In this document: piece after piece, positions 55,237-64,000 of the stretch | How positions within the stretch are numbered: the stretch's first letter is position 1 | Layout of the letters: every line of letters starts with the position of its first letter | DNA from: an uncultured bacterium | GTDB taxonomy: Bacteria > UBA8481 | Direction: 5' to 3' | Length of the DNA stretch: 64,000 nt | NCBI GenBank assembly: GCA_964499705.1 | Contig: CAZCME010000007.1 | Location: 124,001-188,000, forward strand | The notes under the pieces: generated by a model | The model's input: the letters and a program-made list of their open reading frames with translations, nothing else | The model's database searches: none | What the model was told of the DNA's origin: nothing | Position numbers and translations under genes: made by a program

Positions 55237-57924
55237 ATGAAGACCATGACAATCGCCTCTCGCCGCCAGGTCCGCGCCCCGCGCGGGTGGTTCCTGCTTC
55301 CTATGATCGGGCTCTCTTTAATTCTCGTCTCACCCGCCACCGCCCAGGTGAACCGGGAAGCCGAGCGCGAGATCCGCTTCGCCCAGTCCACGCTCGCCAA
55401 CGACATGCCTTCCTCCGCGGTCGATCTCTTCCGCACGTTTCTCGAAAACTATCCTGACGGACCCTTTCTCGCCGAAGCGCGCTTCGGTTATGCGCGGGCG
55501 CTTGAGCTCGCGGAGGATTCCGCGGCGATCGAGGCCTATCGCGACTTTCTGAAGAACCATCCGGCCGACGCGAACATCCCGGATGCCCGCTACGGTCTTG
55601 CAAGAGCTCTCTACGGCGCGGGGATCTGGCCGGAGGCTCGCGCCGCTTTCTCCGACTTCAAGGAACGTTCTCCGATCCACGGGCTTGCCACAAGCGCCGG
55701 CTACTACGAGGGTCTTTCTCTCGTCAAGATGCAGCGTCCCCTGGAAGCCATTCCCCTCTTCAAGGCCGTCGTGGATTCCGCGGCTGATCCTCTGAAGGGA
55801 GAAGCCTCCTTTTCCCTCGCGGCTGCTTATTACCAGGGCGGACAGGTCGACAATGCGGCCGAGGCGCTTTCCGCCGTCGCCAGGTCGCATGCGGGTTCCG
55901 CTCCAGGCTACAAGGCCGAGGGACTCCTGGGCGACATCTTCTACCGCCAGGGCCGTTTCGCGGAAGCGCGCAAACGCTATTCCAAGGCGCTGGAAGGCAA
56001 TCTCGCGTATGCGGATGAACTGATGTTCTGGAAGGCCTGGAGCGCCGTTAAAAGCGCCGACACGCAGGTGGGGCTGGCGGAACTGATCCAGCTCGCGGAA
56101 AAATATCCGCGAAGCCGGCGCGCCGTCGAAGCTGTCCGCCAGGCCGCGGTCTTCAGCGATCTGGCCGGAGACACGACGCTCGCGCTTAAAGCCTATCGAA
56201 CGCAGATCGATCTCGCACCGTCACCCGACATCGCGGCCGAAGCCCGGCTCGAACGCGGTCGGATCTACTACCGCCTGCTGATGCACGGGGAAGCCGCGAC
56301 GGAATTGTCGGAGCTCCTGAAGCTTAACGCTTCGCTTCAGGCGGAGGCCGAATACCTCCTGGGCCTCATCGAGATCGCGGCGAAACGCTATCCCGACGCG
56401 CTCGTGTACCTGAAATCCGCCAAGCAGAAATCCATGAACACACCCCTGGAGGAAGACATCCTCATCGCCACGCTCGATCTCTTCCGCCAATCCAACAACC
56501 TCGGCGAATACAAGAGGCTCCTGAAGGAACTGGAGGAGCGCAAGTCGCCGGCGCTGGCGCGGATCATCCGCGGCGGAGCGGAGCTGATGGAAGCGACCGG
56601 CGACATGGAAGGCGCAGCGCGGGAATACGCCCGCGTCGTCGACCGTTTCCCCTCGTCCCCCGATGCCCTGGACGCGCAATTCCGCGTGGGCATGGTGCGA
56701 TACCAGCAGGCCCGTTTCTTCGACGCGGAGACGTCCTTCGCGAAGTTCGTGGTGATGACGAAGAATCGACGCGTCATGGATCATCCCCTGATCGACGATG
56801 CCTGGTACTGGATCGGTTTCTCGCGCTATCAGACCGACAGAATGCTGAACGCCATCGAGGCCTTCGGCGAAGCCGCCCGGATGAACGGCGACAAGAAGAT
56901 CCTGGCGCTCTTCCGCGGCGGAAACGCCGCCTTCAGCCTGAAGCGCTACGAGGATGCGATCGAAGCCTATGAAGAAGTGATCGATGCGTCGGAGACGGAC
57001 AAGACCACGCAACTCGACGCGATGTTCAACCGCGCGGAGGCGCTGCGGAGCCTGGGGCGCATACCGGAGGCGAAAAAAGCGTTTCATGAAATCTGGGAGA
57101 AGGGCGGATCCGACTATGAGCAGGCCCTCCTGTCGGAAGCGGCGCTTCTCGAGGACGCGGGACAGTTCAGGGAAGCCGCCGAGGCGTACGAGGCGGCTTC
57201 GTCCCGGTTCCAGGCGCCGAGCCGTTCGGAGGAGGCACTCCTGAAGGCCGCGATCATCCGGACGAAGATCGGCGACAAGGCCGGAGCTTTGCTGAACTTT
57301 GAAAAGGTCACCCTGATCCAGGGCGCCCTCGCGGCCGAAGCGCTCCACAAGATCGGATCGATCAAGCTGGAGGCGGGCGATACTCCCGGAGCGCGCGCCG
57401 CGTTCGCCAATGGCGCGGACAGCTATCCCGCGTCCCTCTTCGGACGCCGCTCGATCCTGGCGCATGCGCTCATGGAACCCGCCGCCGATTCCACGATCCC
57501 CCGCCTGGAATCTCTCATCGCGGCCGCGCCCGGCGATGTCGCGTCCGCCGAAGCGCACCTGCGGCTCGGCACCCTGAATCGCGCGCTGGGCGCCAGAGAC
57601 ACCGCGATCTCGCACTTGAAGAGCGCCCTGGACAACCTTTCCGACGGCGACAACCTCGCCGAAGCCAAGATCACGCTCGCGGAAATCTACTTTGAAAAGA
57701 AACTTCTCTCCATGGGCCGCTCCCAGGCGCAATATATTTTCCGCTCGGAGCTGTATCGCGAATCGCCCTTCAGGGGCCGGGCAGGCCTCATCCTCGGCAG
57801 GGTTCTTCTTCAACTGGGCAGCAGGGAAAAAACCGAAGCGCTCAAAGTACTGAAGGAAGTGGCCGATAAATACCCTCAAGAGGCTGATAAAGCTCGGGAC
57901 ATCCTGAAATCGATCGGCTCATAA
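55237..57924 (+). CDS. Large periplasmic tetratricopeptide-repeat protein
   Basis: Signal peptide ending ATA; many TPRs with CpoB-type FLENYPDG, EKYPRS and DRFPSS loops. Start uncertain between 55222 and 55246. Confidence 0.85.
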   Translation: MKTMTIASRRQVRAPRGWFLLPMIGLSLILVSPATAQVNREAEREIRFAQSTLANDMPSSAVDLFRTFLENYPDGPFLAEARFGYARALELAEDSAAIEAYRDFLKNHPADANIPDARYGLARALYGAGIWPEARAAFSDFKERSPIHGLATSAGYYEGLSLVKMQRPLEAIPLFKAVVDSAADPLKGEASFSLAAAYYQGGQVDNAAEALSAVARSHAGSAPGYKAEGLLGDIFYRQGRFAEARKRYSKALEGNLAYADELMFWKAWSAVKSADTQVGLAELIQLAEKYPRSRRAVEAVRQAAVFSDLAGDTTLALKAYRTQIDLAPSPDIAAEARLERGRIYYRLLMHGEAATELSELLKLNASLQAEAEYLLGLIEIAAKRYPDALVYLKSAKQKSMNTPLEEDILIATLDLFRQSNNLGEYKRLLKELEERKSPALARIIRGGAELMEATGDMEGAAREYARVVDRFPSSPDALDAQFRVGMVRYQQARFFDAETSFAKFVVMTKNRRVMDHPLIDDAWYWIGFSRYQTDRMLNAIEAFGEAARMNGDKKILALFRGGNAAFSLKRYEDAIEAYEEVIDASETDKTTQLDAMFNRAEALRSLGRIPEAKKAFHEIWEKGGSDYEQALLSEAALLEDAGQFREAAEAYEAASSRFQAPSRSEEALLKAAIIRTKIGDKAGALLNFEKVTLIQGALAAEALHKIGSIKLEAGDTPGARAAFANGADSYPASLFGRRSILAHALMEPAADSTIPRLESLIAAAPGDVASAEAHLRLGTLNRALGARDTAISHLKSALDNLSDGDNLAEAKITLAEIYFEKKLLSMGRSQAQYIFRSELYRESPFRGRAGLILGRVLLQLGSREKTEALKVLKEVADKYPQEADKARDILKSIGS

Positions 57925-57953
57925 CGGAAGCACATATCAGGAAGGAGACAGCG

Positions 57954-58346
57954 ATGAGACATGGTTTCTTCATCGCGGCGATGGTCGCGGTCGGAGTAAT
58001 GGCGATTTCCTCGCCGTGCAAGGCCCAGACCGCCGGCAACAGGACGGATTCACCGACCGTGCCGCAGGATGTCAAGGAAGTGATCGGCACGCCGAAGAAT
58101 TACGAGCCCACGGGCACATCCTATGGCACACCGGCGCAGCCGCGCACGCAGTCCGTCGATCCCGGTTCCCCTGACTATGTCCCGCAGGATGCCCGGATCG
58201 AACCGGCTCGATCGCCCGTGTCTCCGACCGGTTCCGGCCCGAATGAGCCGCCGATGGGCGGACGCCAGGAGAAGAAGAAATTCCCGTGGCTCTGGATCCT
58301 CGGCATCCTGGCCGTGGGTATCGGCATCCACCAATCACAGAACTGA
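57954..58346 (+). CDS. Small secreted Pro/Ser/Thr-rich protein with a C-terminal hydrophobic segment
   Basis: AAGGAG SD, signal peptide, low-complexity core and KKKFPWLWILGILAVGIGIHQSQN. Confidence 0.7.
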   Translation: MRHGFFIAAMVAVGVMAISSPCKAQTAGNRTDSPTVPQDVKEVIGTPKNYEPTGTSYGTPAQPRTQSVDPGSPDYVPQDARIEPARSPVSPTGSGPNEPPMGGRQEKKKFPWLWILGILAVGIGIHQSQN

Positions 58347-58364
58347 CGACGAAAGGAACGCACG

Positions 58365-59003
58365 ATGACGCTCTTCGATTACTACCGCCAGGGAGGTCCT
58401 GTCATGCACCTCATCCTCCTGGTCTCCATCGTCGCCATGACGATCGCGCTGGAAAGGATCTACCATTTCCGCCGCGCCCGTACCGACCACAGGAAGCTAC
58501 TTTCCGACGTTAAGGAACTCCTCGCCGACGACCTCGTGTACAAGGCTATCGCCCGATGCGATGCCGATCACGGCCCTGTCGCGCATTGCCTGAAGACGGT
58601 CATCAAGAACAAGGACCGCGACTCGGACACCATCAGCGACGCGATCGATGCGGCCGGGCTCGAGGAGATTCCGCGGCTCGACCGCCGCGTCGGAGTCCTC
58701 GCCACGCTCGCCAATGTCGCGACCATGCTCGGTCTTCTCGGCACGATCCAGGGAATGATCATGACTTTCGCCGCGATCGCATCCACGCCGACGGGCCTCG
58801 TCAATGTCAAGGTCCTGGCAGACGGAATCTGGCAGGCGATGATCACGACCGCCTTCGGTCTCTATGTCGCCATCCCCACGACTCTCGCTCATGCGTTCGT
58901 CTCCGGAGAAATCAAGAAGTTCGCGATCGCGATGGAGCATTCCGCCGCGGAACTGGTCCACTTCCTCGAACACCAGCCTTCCAAAGAATCCGATGCGGTT
59001 TAA
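58365..59003 (+). CDS. exbB: ExbB/TolQ-family proton channel
   Basis: Motifs GGPVM, ALERI, ATMLGLLGTIQGMI and LADGIWQAMITTAFGLYVAIP. Confidence 0.9.
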   Translation: MTLFDYYRQGGPVMHLILLVSIVAMTIALERIYHFRRARTDHRKLLSDVKELLADDLVYKAIARCDADHGPVAHCLKTVIKNKDRDSDTISDAIDAAGLEEIPRLDRRVGVLATLANVATMLGLLGTIQGMIMTFAAIASTPTGLVNVKVLADGIWQAMITTAFGLYVAIPTTLAHAFVSGEIKKFAIAMEHSAAELVHFLEHQPSKESDAV

Positions 59004-59436
59004 ATACGCCTCATACTCCGTCGAGAACAAGGGGATCGACATGACCCCCATGATCGACATCGTCTTCAATCTCCTCCTCTTCTTCCTCCTCTCGACGTCC
59101 TACATCCAGCACTCCGCCATGGAGGTTCAGCTCCCCAAGGCCACGACCGCCACGAATATCGAGAACCAGGTCGTTGTCGTGGAGCTGACCGCGAAGGACA
59201 ACATCTTCCTCGACGGCAAGGAGATGCTTCCGGCGGCCGCGGGTGAAACGGGCCTTGATACGCTGAAGGCCGAGCTGACGAAGATCTACACGAGCCCCGA
59301 TGTTCAGCGCCCGCTTCTGATTCGCGCTGACGAGGACGCGGTCCACGGCCACGTCGTCGCCCTGATGGATATCGCCCGGGAACTGGGTGTCAAGTCGCTG
59401 AACATCGCGACGCTGCCGCAGGAGCAGTCCCGGTAG
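58993..59436 (+). CDS. exbD: ExbD/TolR-family protein
   Basis: Motifs IDMTPMIDIVFNLLLFF, VQLPKA and LIRADEDAVHGHVVALMD. Confidence 0.92.
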   Translation: MRFKYASYSVENKGIDMTPMIDIVFNLLLFFLLSTSYIQHSAMEVQLPKATTATNIENQVVVVELTAKDNIFLDGKEMLPAAAGETGLDTLKAELTKIYTSPDVQRPLLIRADEDAVHGHVVALMDIARELGVKSLNIATLPQEQSR

Positions 59437-59439
59437 CCC

Positions 59440-60390
59440 ATGCGAAGCATGGCCTTGGAGAAGGACGACTCCGCCATCCCGGTTTCCTCAGTCGTCTCCG
59501 TAGTCGCGCACCTCTCGCTCTTTTTCATCGTGATGATCCCGGTCCAGAAGATTCCCGAGCTGGACGCTCCGATCGCTCCGAAACCCATCGCGACCGAAAT
59601 TTTCTACCAGGTGCCGCATTTTCAGCTTCAACCGATGCTGATTGTCCCGGGTGTCGTTCCTCATCAGACCATGCCGGCGCCGGCCCGCGTCCCCGATCGC
59701 GCGGTCGCTCCGGTCCCGGCAACCGCGGCGGCATCGTCCGCGCCGGCTGAAGCCACGCATGATTTTTCCCAGGTTCCGGTTCGCCCCACCAGTACCAGCC
59801 GCATCACTCTACCGGACGCGCCGGAAGGAATCGTGGTCTCCGGAGAACCAGGCATCGAGAACAGGGCGAGCGCGACTCCGTTCGCGAATCCGTCTCGAGA
59901 GAGAGGCAACGGCATCCGGAATGCGCTCGACAAGCCGGGCGACAATCCTACCTCCCTGCGACTGACCGATGATCCGGTGCGCACGGTTCGCAACCCTATC
60001 AATCCCGTGCTTCCAAGAACCAACAACCCGAGCGATCCCGTGCTCCCCAGGGAAAACAGGAATCCTCGCGATGACGGCACGAGTCCTTCTCCTCAGAATT
60101 TGAAGTCCGGTCCGCCCGCTTCCTACGGCTCGCGCCGCATCCTCTTCCAGCCTGCTCTCAACTACCCTTCATGGGCGGAACGCGATCGCGTCCAGGCCAC
60201 ACCGCGTTTTCATATCTATGTCAGCCCCGACGGACGCGTCTCCAGCGTTCGCCTGGCTTCCTCCTCAGGTCACTCTGACCTCGACCGCCTCGCGGAGGAA
60301 AACGTCCGCCGGTGGATCTACGAGCAACGCCCGGGACAGACTGAGGCTCGCGAAGTTGCGGTCAAATTCACGTTGAAGGACGCCGTCTGA
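59440..60390 (+). CDS. tonB: TonB-like energy transducer 1
   Basis: TM helix with SVVAH, Pro-rich linker and TonB-C domain (YPSWAER...VSPDGRVSSVRLASSSGHSDLDRLA...W). Confidence 0.85.
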   Translation: MRSMALEKDDSAIPVSSVVSVVAHLSLFFIVMIPVQKIPELDAPIAPKPIATEIFYQVPHFQLQPMLIVPGVVPHQTMPAPARVPDRAVAPVPATAAASSAPAEATHDFSQVPVRPTSTSRITLPDAPEGIVVSGEPGIENRASATPFANPSRERGNGIRNALDKPGDNPTSLRLTDDPVRTVRNPINPVLPRTNNPSDPVLPRENRNPRDDGTSPSPQNLKSGPPASYGSRRILFQPALNYPSWAERDRVQATPRFHIYVSPDGRVSSVRLASSSGHSDLDRLAEENVRRWIYEQRPGQTEAREVAVKFTLKDAV

Positions 60391-60516
60391 CCCTTCTCTG
60401 AATTCTCCCACAACAAGTTATTGCTCACTTCACGGCTCCCTGTGGTACAATATCCCTTCGTTTCACGGACATGTCGGACCCGATCACCATCGATCGGGAA
60501 AGGAGCCCCACGAACC

Positions 60517-61566
60517 ATGAGAAGTCTCGCGCTGGAACGGGATGATTCCGTTCTCCCCTTTTCTTCGCTCATCGCGCTCCTCGCCCATGTGCTCCTCTTC
60601 TTCCTCGTCATCATGCCGCCGAAGGTCGTGGAACCGCCCATCGATCACGTTTATTCTTCGGTTACATCGATCGCCATCTTTCCCGGCGAGCAGAAATTCC
60701 GCGTCTTCTCGGACAGGGACCGGATCTTCTCCGACGCGCAGAGCTCCGTCACCACCCCGACATCCGGCACGATCGTGGATCCATCCCGTGCTCCGTCGCG
60801 TGAGCCCGTCCAGAGAAACACATCGCAGACGCAGTCGCCGCAGAGCATCGAAAACCGGCGCTATTACGGCAACACGGCGGACGCCCAGGCCTATGCCGAG
60901 GCGACGCCCCAGGCCAGCGGCGGAAACAATCCCGCGCAGGGTTCGTACAGAAGCCGGATCTCGGCGCCGGCGGAACCCGAAGGGATGGTCGAGAGCTGGG
61001 AGGACCGGAACCGGCGGGCGCTCGGCTTCGAGCGCAGCGAACAGGTGGGAGGAACGACAGGAGCGCCGCGGTCGGGGAACGCCGATCCGTCGCTCTCCGC
61101 CGGACCTTCCGGATCGCGCGGCGGTTTCACGCGCGGCGTCCTGGAGTCGCCGGGCCGACCTCTGGGCATCAATCCCACCACGCCCCAGCGCGGCGCGAAC
61201 AGGAACAATCCCGCGTTGGAGGAACCGACATCCGTGGGCCCGAACGTCAGCGAGACCGCGCGAGGAGGGCCGCGCCCTTCCGGCATTCCCACGGCTCCGC
61301 CCTCGCTCTACGGAGCGCGCAGGATCATCTACCAGCCGGAGCTCCATTACCCCGAGTGGGCGGAGCGTGACCGCGTCCAGGCGTCGCCGCGCTTTCATAT
61401 CATCGTCAGCCCCGACGGCAAGGTCTCCAGCGTCCGCCTCGCCGTTTCCTCCGGCTATCCCGACCTCGACCGGCTCGCCGAAGAGAATGTGCGCCGCTGG
61501 ATCTACGAAAAGCGCGAGGGCCAGACTGAAGCCCGCCAGATCGTCGTCAGGTTCAAATTAAGATAG
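60517..61566 (+). CDS. tonB: TonB-like energy transducer 2
   Basis: MRSLALERDDS, TM helix with ALLAH, disordered linker and TonB-C domain (YPEWAER...SSGYPDLDRLA). AAGGAG SD and an upstream TGTGGTACAAT. Confidence 0.85.
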   Translation: MRSLALERDDSVLPFSSLIALLAHVLLFFLVIMPPKVVEPPIDHVYSSVTSIAIFPGEQKFRVFSDRDRIFSDAQSSVTTPTSGTIVDPSRAPSREPVQRNTSQTQSPQSIENRRYYGNTADAQAYAEATPQASGGNNPAQGSYRSRISAPAEPEGMVESWEDRNRRALGFERSEQVGGTTGAPRSGNADPSLSAGPSGSRGGFTRGVLESPGRPLGINPTTPQRGANRNNPALEEPTSVGPNVSETARGGPRPSGIPTAPPSLYGARRIIYQPELHYPEWAERDRVQASPRFHIIVSPDGKVSSVRLAVSSGYPDLDRLAEENVRRWIYEKREGQTEARQIVVRFKLR

Positions 61567-61677
61567 GGGACATTCTCCAACATTCCAACATTGGCAATAA
61601 TAGAGTTACAAAAACGCCAAGCTATTTATCGCCGAAGTCCCTTATTCTGAATGTTGGAATGTTGGAGAATGTCCCCT
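61565..61677. repeat. Perfect 28-bp inverted repeat (REP/MITE-like) between convergent genes
   Basis: aggggacattctccaacattccaacatt (61565-61592) / aatgttggaatgttggagaatgtcccct (61650-61677), with an AT-rich spacer. Confidence 0.9.
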
Positions 61678-63381
61678 TCTCCAGATCCGCACGGGGCCGT
61701 TCGCGAATCCGATCGCTTCCGGGTAGGGACCGAACCCGAGAAACATTCGTTCCGATGGAAATTCCTTCTCCAACGTCATGGCTTCGAAGAATCGCTCGTT
61801 GCCGTAAATGTTCGGCTCGGCGACGGAAATGACAAGCGCGCCGACGGGCATGGAATCGGGAGAAGCGGCGGGCCGTACCGGATGCCTGTTCAGGTTAAAA
61901 AAAGGCGTGGAAAACGGTCCCGGTTGCTGAGTGATGTAGACCGTATCGCCTTCCGGCACATTCGCGTCGATCCAACGGCCCGCGACGAAGCGCGTGCTAT
62001 CCGTTGTCGCATCCTTTCGAAAATTTGCGACCGCCAGGACGCTGTAGGGCAGAGCGAGGATGATGCAGATCGCCGCGAGCGAAACGGTCGCGGAAAAGCG
62101 GACCGGTTTCAGCGCCATCATGAAAAGAACCGCCCACAAGGGACCGATCATCAGGAACTGACGCGACCAGAACGGCCCCAGGTCCGGCACACCCGTGATC
62201 CGCCAGCCATAATAGAGGAGCGGCGCGAGCGAGTAGACCGCGATGCATCGCGCGGAGGAATTCCTTAGCAGCGCGAGGAGCGCGATGGATCCGCAGGCCG
62301 CCAGCGGCCATCCGGTCGCGGCCGGAAAAACCTCGAACAGGACGCGGGAGACCGTCGCGATATTCACGTCCGGCCTGTACCACGCCATCGCATGTTTCGC
62401 ATCGCTCATCACCGTCCGGTAATCGAGGATCCAGTAGGGATTGCAGAGAACAAACACGGCTCCGGCAACGACGCACGCGGCGATGCATTTTTTCCACGCC
62501 ATGGTCCTGTCGCGCAGAATGAGCTCCAGAACGACCCAGCAAAAGCCGCCCATGAGGATCAGTTGCGTGGGGAAGATCGCGCCCGCAAGCCCCACGGCGG
62601 CGCCGGCCGCCGCGTAATCGAACAGTCCCGCGCGCCGGATCAGTCGGCACCCAAGCCATGTCGCCATCACGGAAATCGAACCCGCCATCGATACCTGCTT
62701 CAGAACGGGGCCGAAGACATACAAGCCCGGCGCCGAGAGAGCCAGCAGGACCGCGAGACAGGAGCGCTTCCGGGAGAGGCCTATCCGGGCCAGGCGATAC
62801 ACGAAGACCGGCAGGAGCGCCGACCAGAAGAACGGCCAGATCTTCGCCGCGAGGTAGAAACTCGCCATGAGATCCGGATCCCGGATAAACGGATCGAGTC
62901 CTCCGGAGAGCGGAACGAGCCCGAGAAGCCCCGCGATGCCCGCGAGGAGCCCGCATCCGTAGAAGAAAAATCCGCCGTACTGGAAAAAGTGCGGATTGAA
63001 ATCAAGCTGCTTCGGCTTCATTCTCCCCAGCGCCAGCGGCACATGCATCTCGTCGGGCTCCGTCGTGTACAACGCCATCCGCCGCAGCGCCCGGATCCTG
63101 TCGATCTCCCGCTGCGAAAGCCTGGTCGTGTCGTTCGACAATCCCGCGTTCAGGATTTCGCGCGACGACCCCTCGGATTCCTCCAGTTTTTTCCACGCGG
63201 TCGTCATCCATTCGATATCCGTGTCCGAAAAACGCGGCGCGCCATACACGGCCAGGATCCGTTCCGTCGAAGGAAGTCCGAAGGACGCGCATGAGAAGAG
63301 CACGGCGATGAAAGCCATGGAGAGCGCCGCGACGATCGCGGTCGAGACTCGGCGGGAGATATCCTGGCAGGAATCCGTCAT
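61642..63381 (-). CDS. GT-C fold membrane glycosyltransferase (ArnT/GT39-like)
   Basis: FGLP...EPDE, DFNPHFFQYG, many TM helices, NPYWILD and TRFVAGRWIDANVPEG. Confidence 0.75.
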   Translation of the reverse strand: MTDSCQDISRRVSTAIVAALSMAFIAVLFSCASFGLPSTERILAVYGAPRFSDTDIEWMTTAWKKLEESEGSSREILNAGLSNDTTRLSQREIDRIRALRRMALYTTEPDEMHVPLALGRMKPKQLDFNPHFFQYGGFFFYGCGLLAGIAGLLGLVPLSGGLDPFIRDPDLMASFYLAAKIWPFFWSALLPVFVYRLARIGLSRKRSCLAVLLALSAPGLYVFGPVLKQVSMAGSISVMATWLGCRLIRRAGLFDYAAAGAAVGLAGAIFPTQLILMGGFCWVVLELILRDRTMAWKKCIAACVVAGAVFVLCNPYWILDYRTVMSDAKHAMAWYRPDVNIATVSRVLFEVFPAATGWPLAACGSIALLALLRNSSARCIAVYSLAPLLYYGWRITGVPDLGPFWSRQFLMIGPLWAVLFMMALKPVRFSATVSLAAICIILALPYSVLAVANFRKDATTDSTRFVAGRWIDANVPEGDTVYITQQPGPFSTPFFNLNRHPVRPAASPDSMPVGALVISVAEPNIYGNERFFEAMTLEKEFPSERMFLGFGPYPEAIGFANGPVRIWRRGHSPTFQHSE

Positions 63382-63405
63382 GGGTGCGGACGGGATTCTA
63401 TCAGC

Positions 63406-64000
63406 TTATTTCCGGGCCGTAATCCAGAGCGATCCGGCGATGTTCCGGACGCCGGGAATCTTTTCCACCATGAGCCCGATATTCTCGGCGAGGCTGACGA
63501 GCTTGTCGGGAATGAGGGGATAGAGAAAATCGTAGAATTCGACAAGGACTGTCGAGAAGCCGGTTTTCCTGAAGATATTTTCCATCTGCCCTTTGAAAAA
63601 GGCGGTCTCATGCGGAGTGTCGCCGAACCGGGCCTTCAGAAACTTGCTCCGCTTGACGATCGCGTTCTGCGGATTCGCGAAATTCGGTTCCGAAAACGCC
63701 GCGCGGCCGCCGGGTTTCAGGATCCTGAAACCTTCCGCCAGGGCATTTTCCACCTCCAGATGATGCAAAATGGACGAGCCGCAGATGGCGTCGAAGACAC
63801 CTTCCCTGAAGGGAAGATGATGCGCATCGCATTCCACGATCCACGCGTTATCGAACGCGCCTTCCTGGCGGCCTTTCAACAGGAGATCATGCGAAATATC
63901 GACGGAGACCAGGCGGCGACCCGCCCGCTTATCCGCCGCCATGACGATTCTCCTCGTGAACTCGCCCGTGCCCGCTCCGAACTCCAGCACGCGCCCCAGG
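63406..64000 (-). CDS. Class I SAM-dependent methyltransferase (5' end outside window)
   Basis: Motifs VLEFGAGTG, VDIS, DAHHLPFREGVFDAI, ILHHL and RILKPGG. Confidence 0.88.
   Translation of the reverse strand, partial: LGRVLEFGAGTGEFTRRIVMAADKRAGRRLVSVDISHDLLLKGRQEGAFDNAWIVECDAHHLPFREGVFDAICGSSILHHLEVENALAEGFRILKPGGRAAFSEPNFANPQNAIVKRSKFLKARFGDTPHETAFFKGQMENIFRKTGFSTVLVEFYDFLYPLIPDKLVSLAENIGLMVEKIPGVRNIAGSLWITARK

Overview
High-GC chromosomal window from a diderm bacterium whose lineage I cannot assign from sequence alone. I found no prophage, IS transposase, rRNA or CRISPR array. Housekeeping genes: pckA, mqnD, queG, a glpD-like dehydrogenase, mreBCD-mrdA-rodA, terC, hppA, clpC, tRNA-Val(TAC) and tRNA-Gly(GCC). 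Envelope and secretion genes: a 4238-aa modular surface protein with a type IX secretion (T9SS)-like C-terminal sorting domain, translationally coupled to its own PorV-family barrel; a LamG protein with a degenerate CFI-box-CTERM tail; two secreted glycoside-hydrolase-like proteins; motA with two tandem motB paralogues; and a TPR-exbB-exbD-tonB-tonB cluster. Most notable observations: (1) a 408-aa membrane protein directly after hppA that looks like a membrane pyrophosphatase stripped of its catalytic acidic motifs; (2) about 12 genes with a -10 hexamer 6-8 nt before the start codon, suggesting pervasive leaderless transcription, including two mirror-symmetric divergent promoter pairs; (3) an unassigned structured ~240-nt RNA candidate upstream of clpC; (4) a CTG start codon for mqnD; (5) REP/MITE-like inverted repeats at gene junctions. 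All family assignments come from motif recognition by eye, not from database searches.
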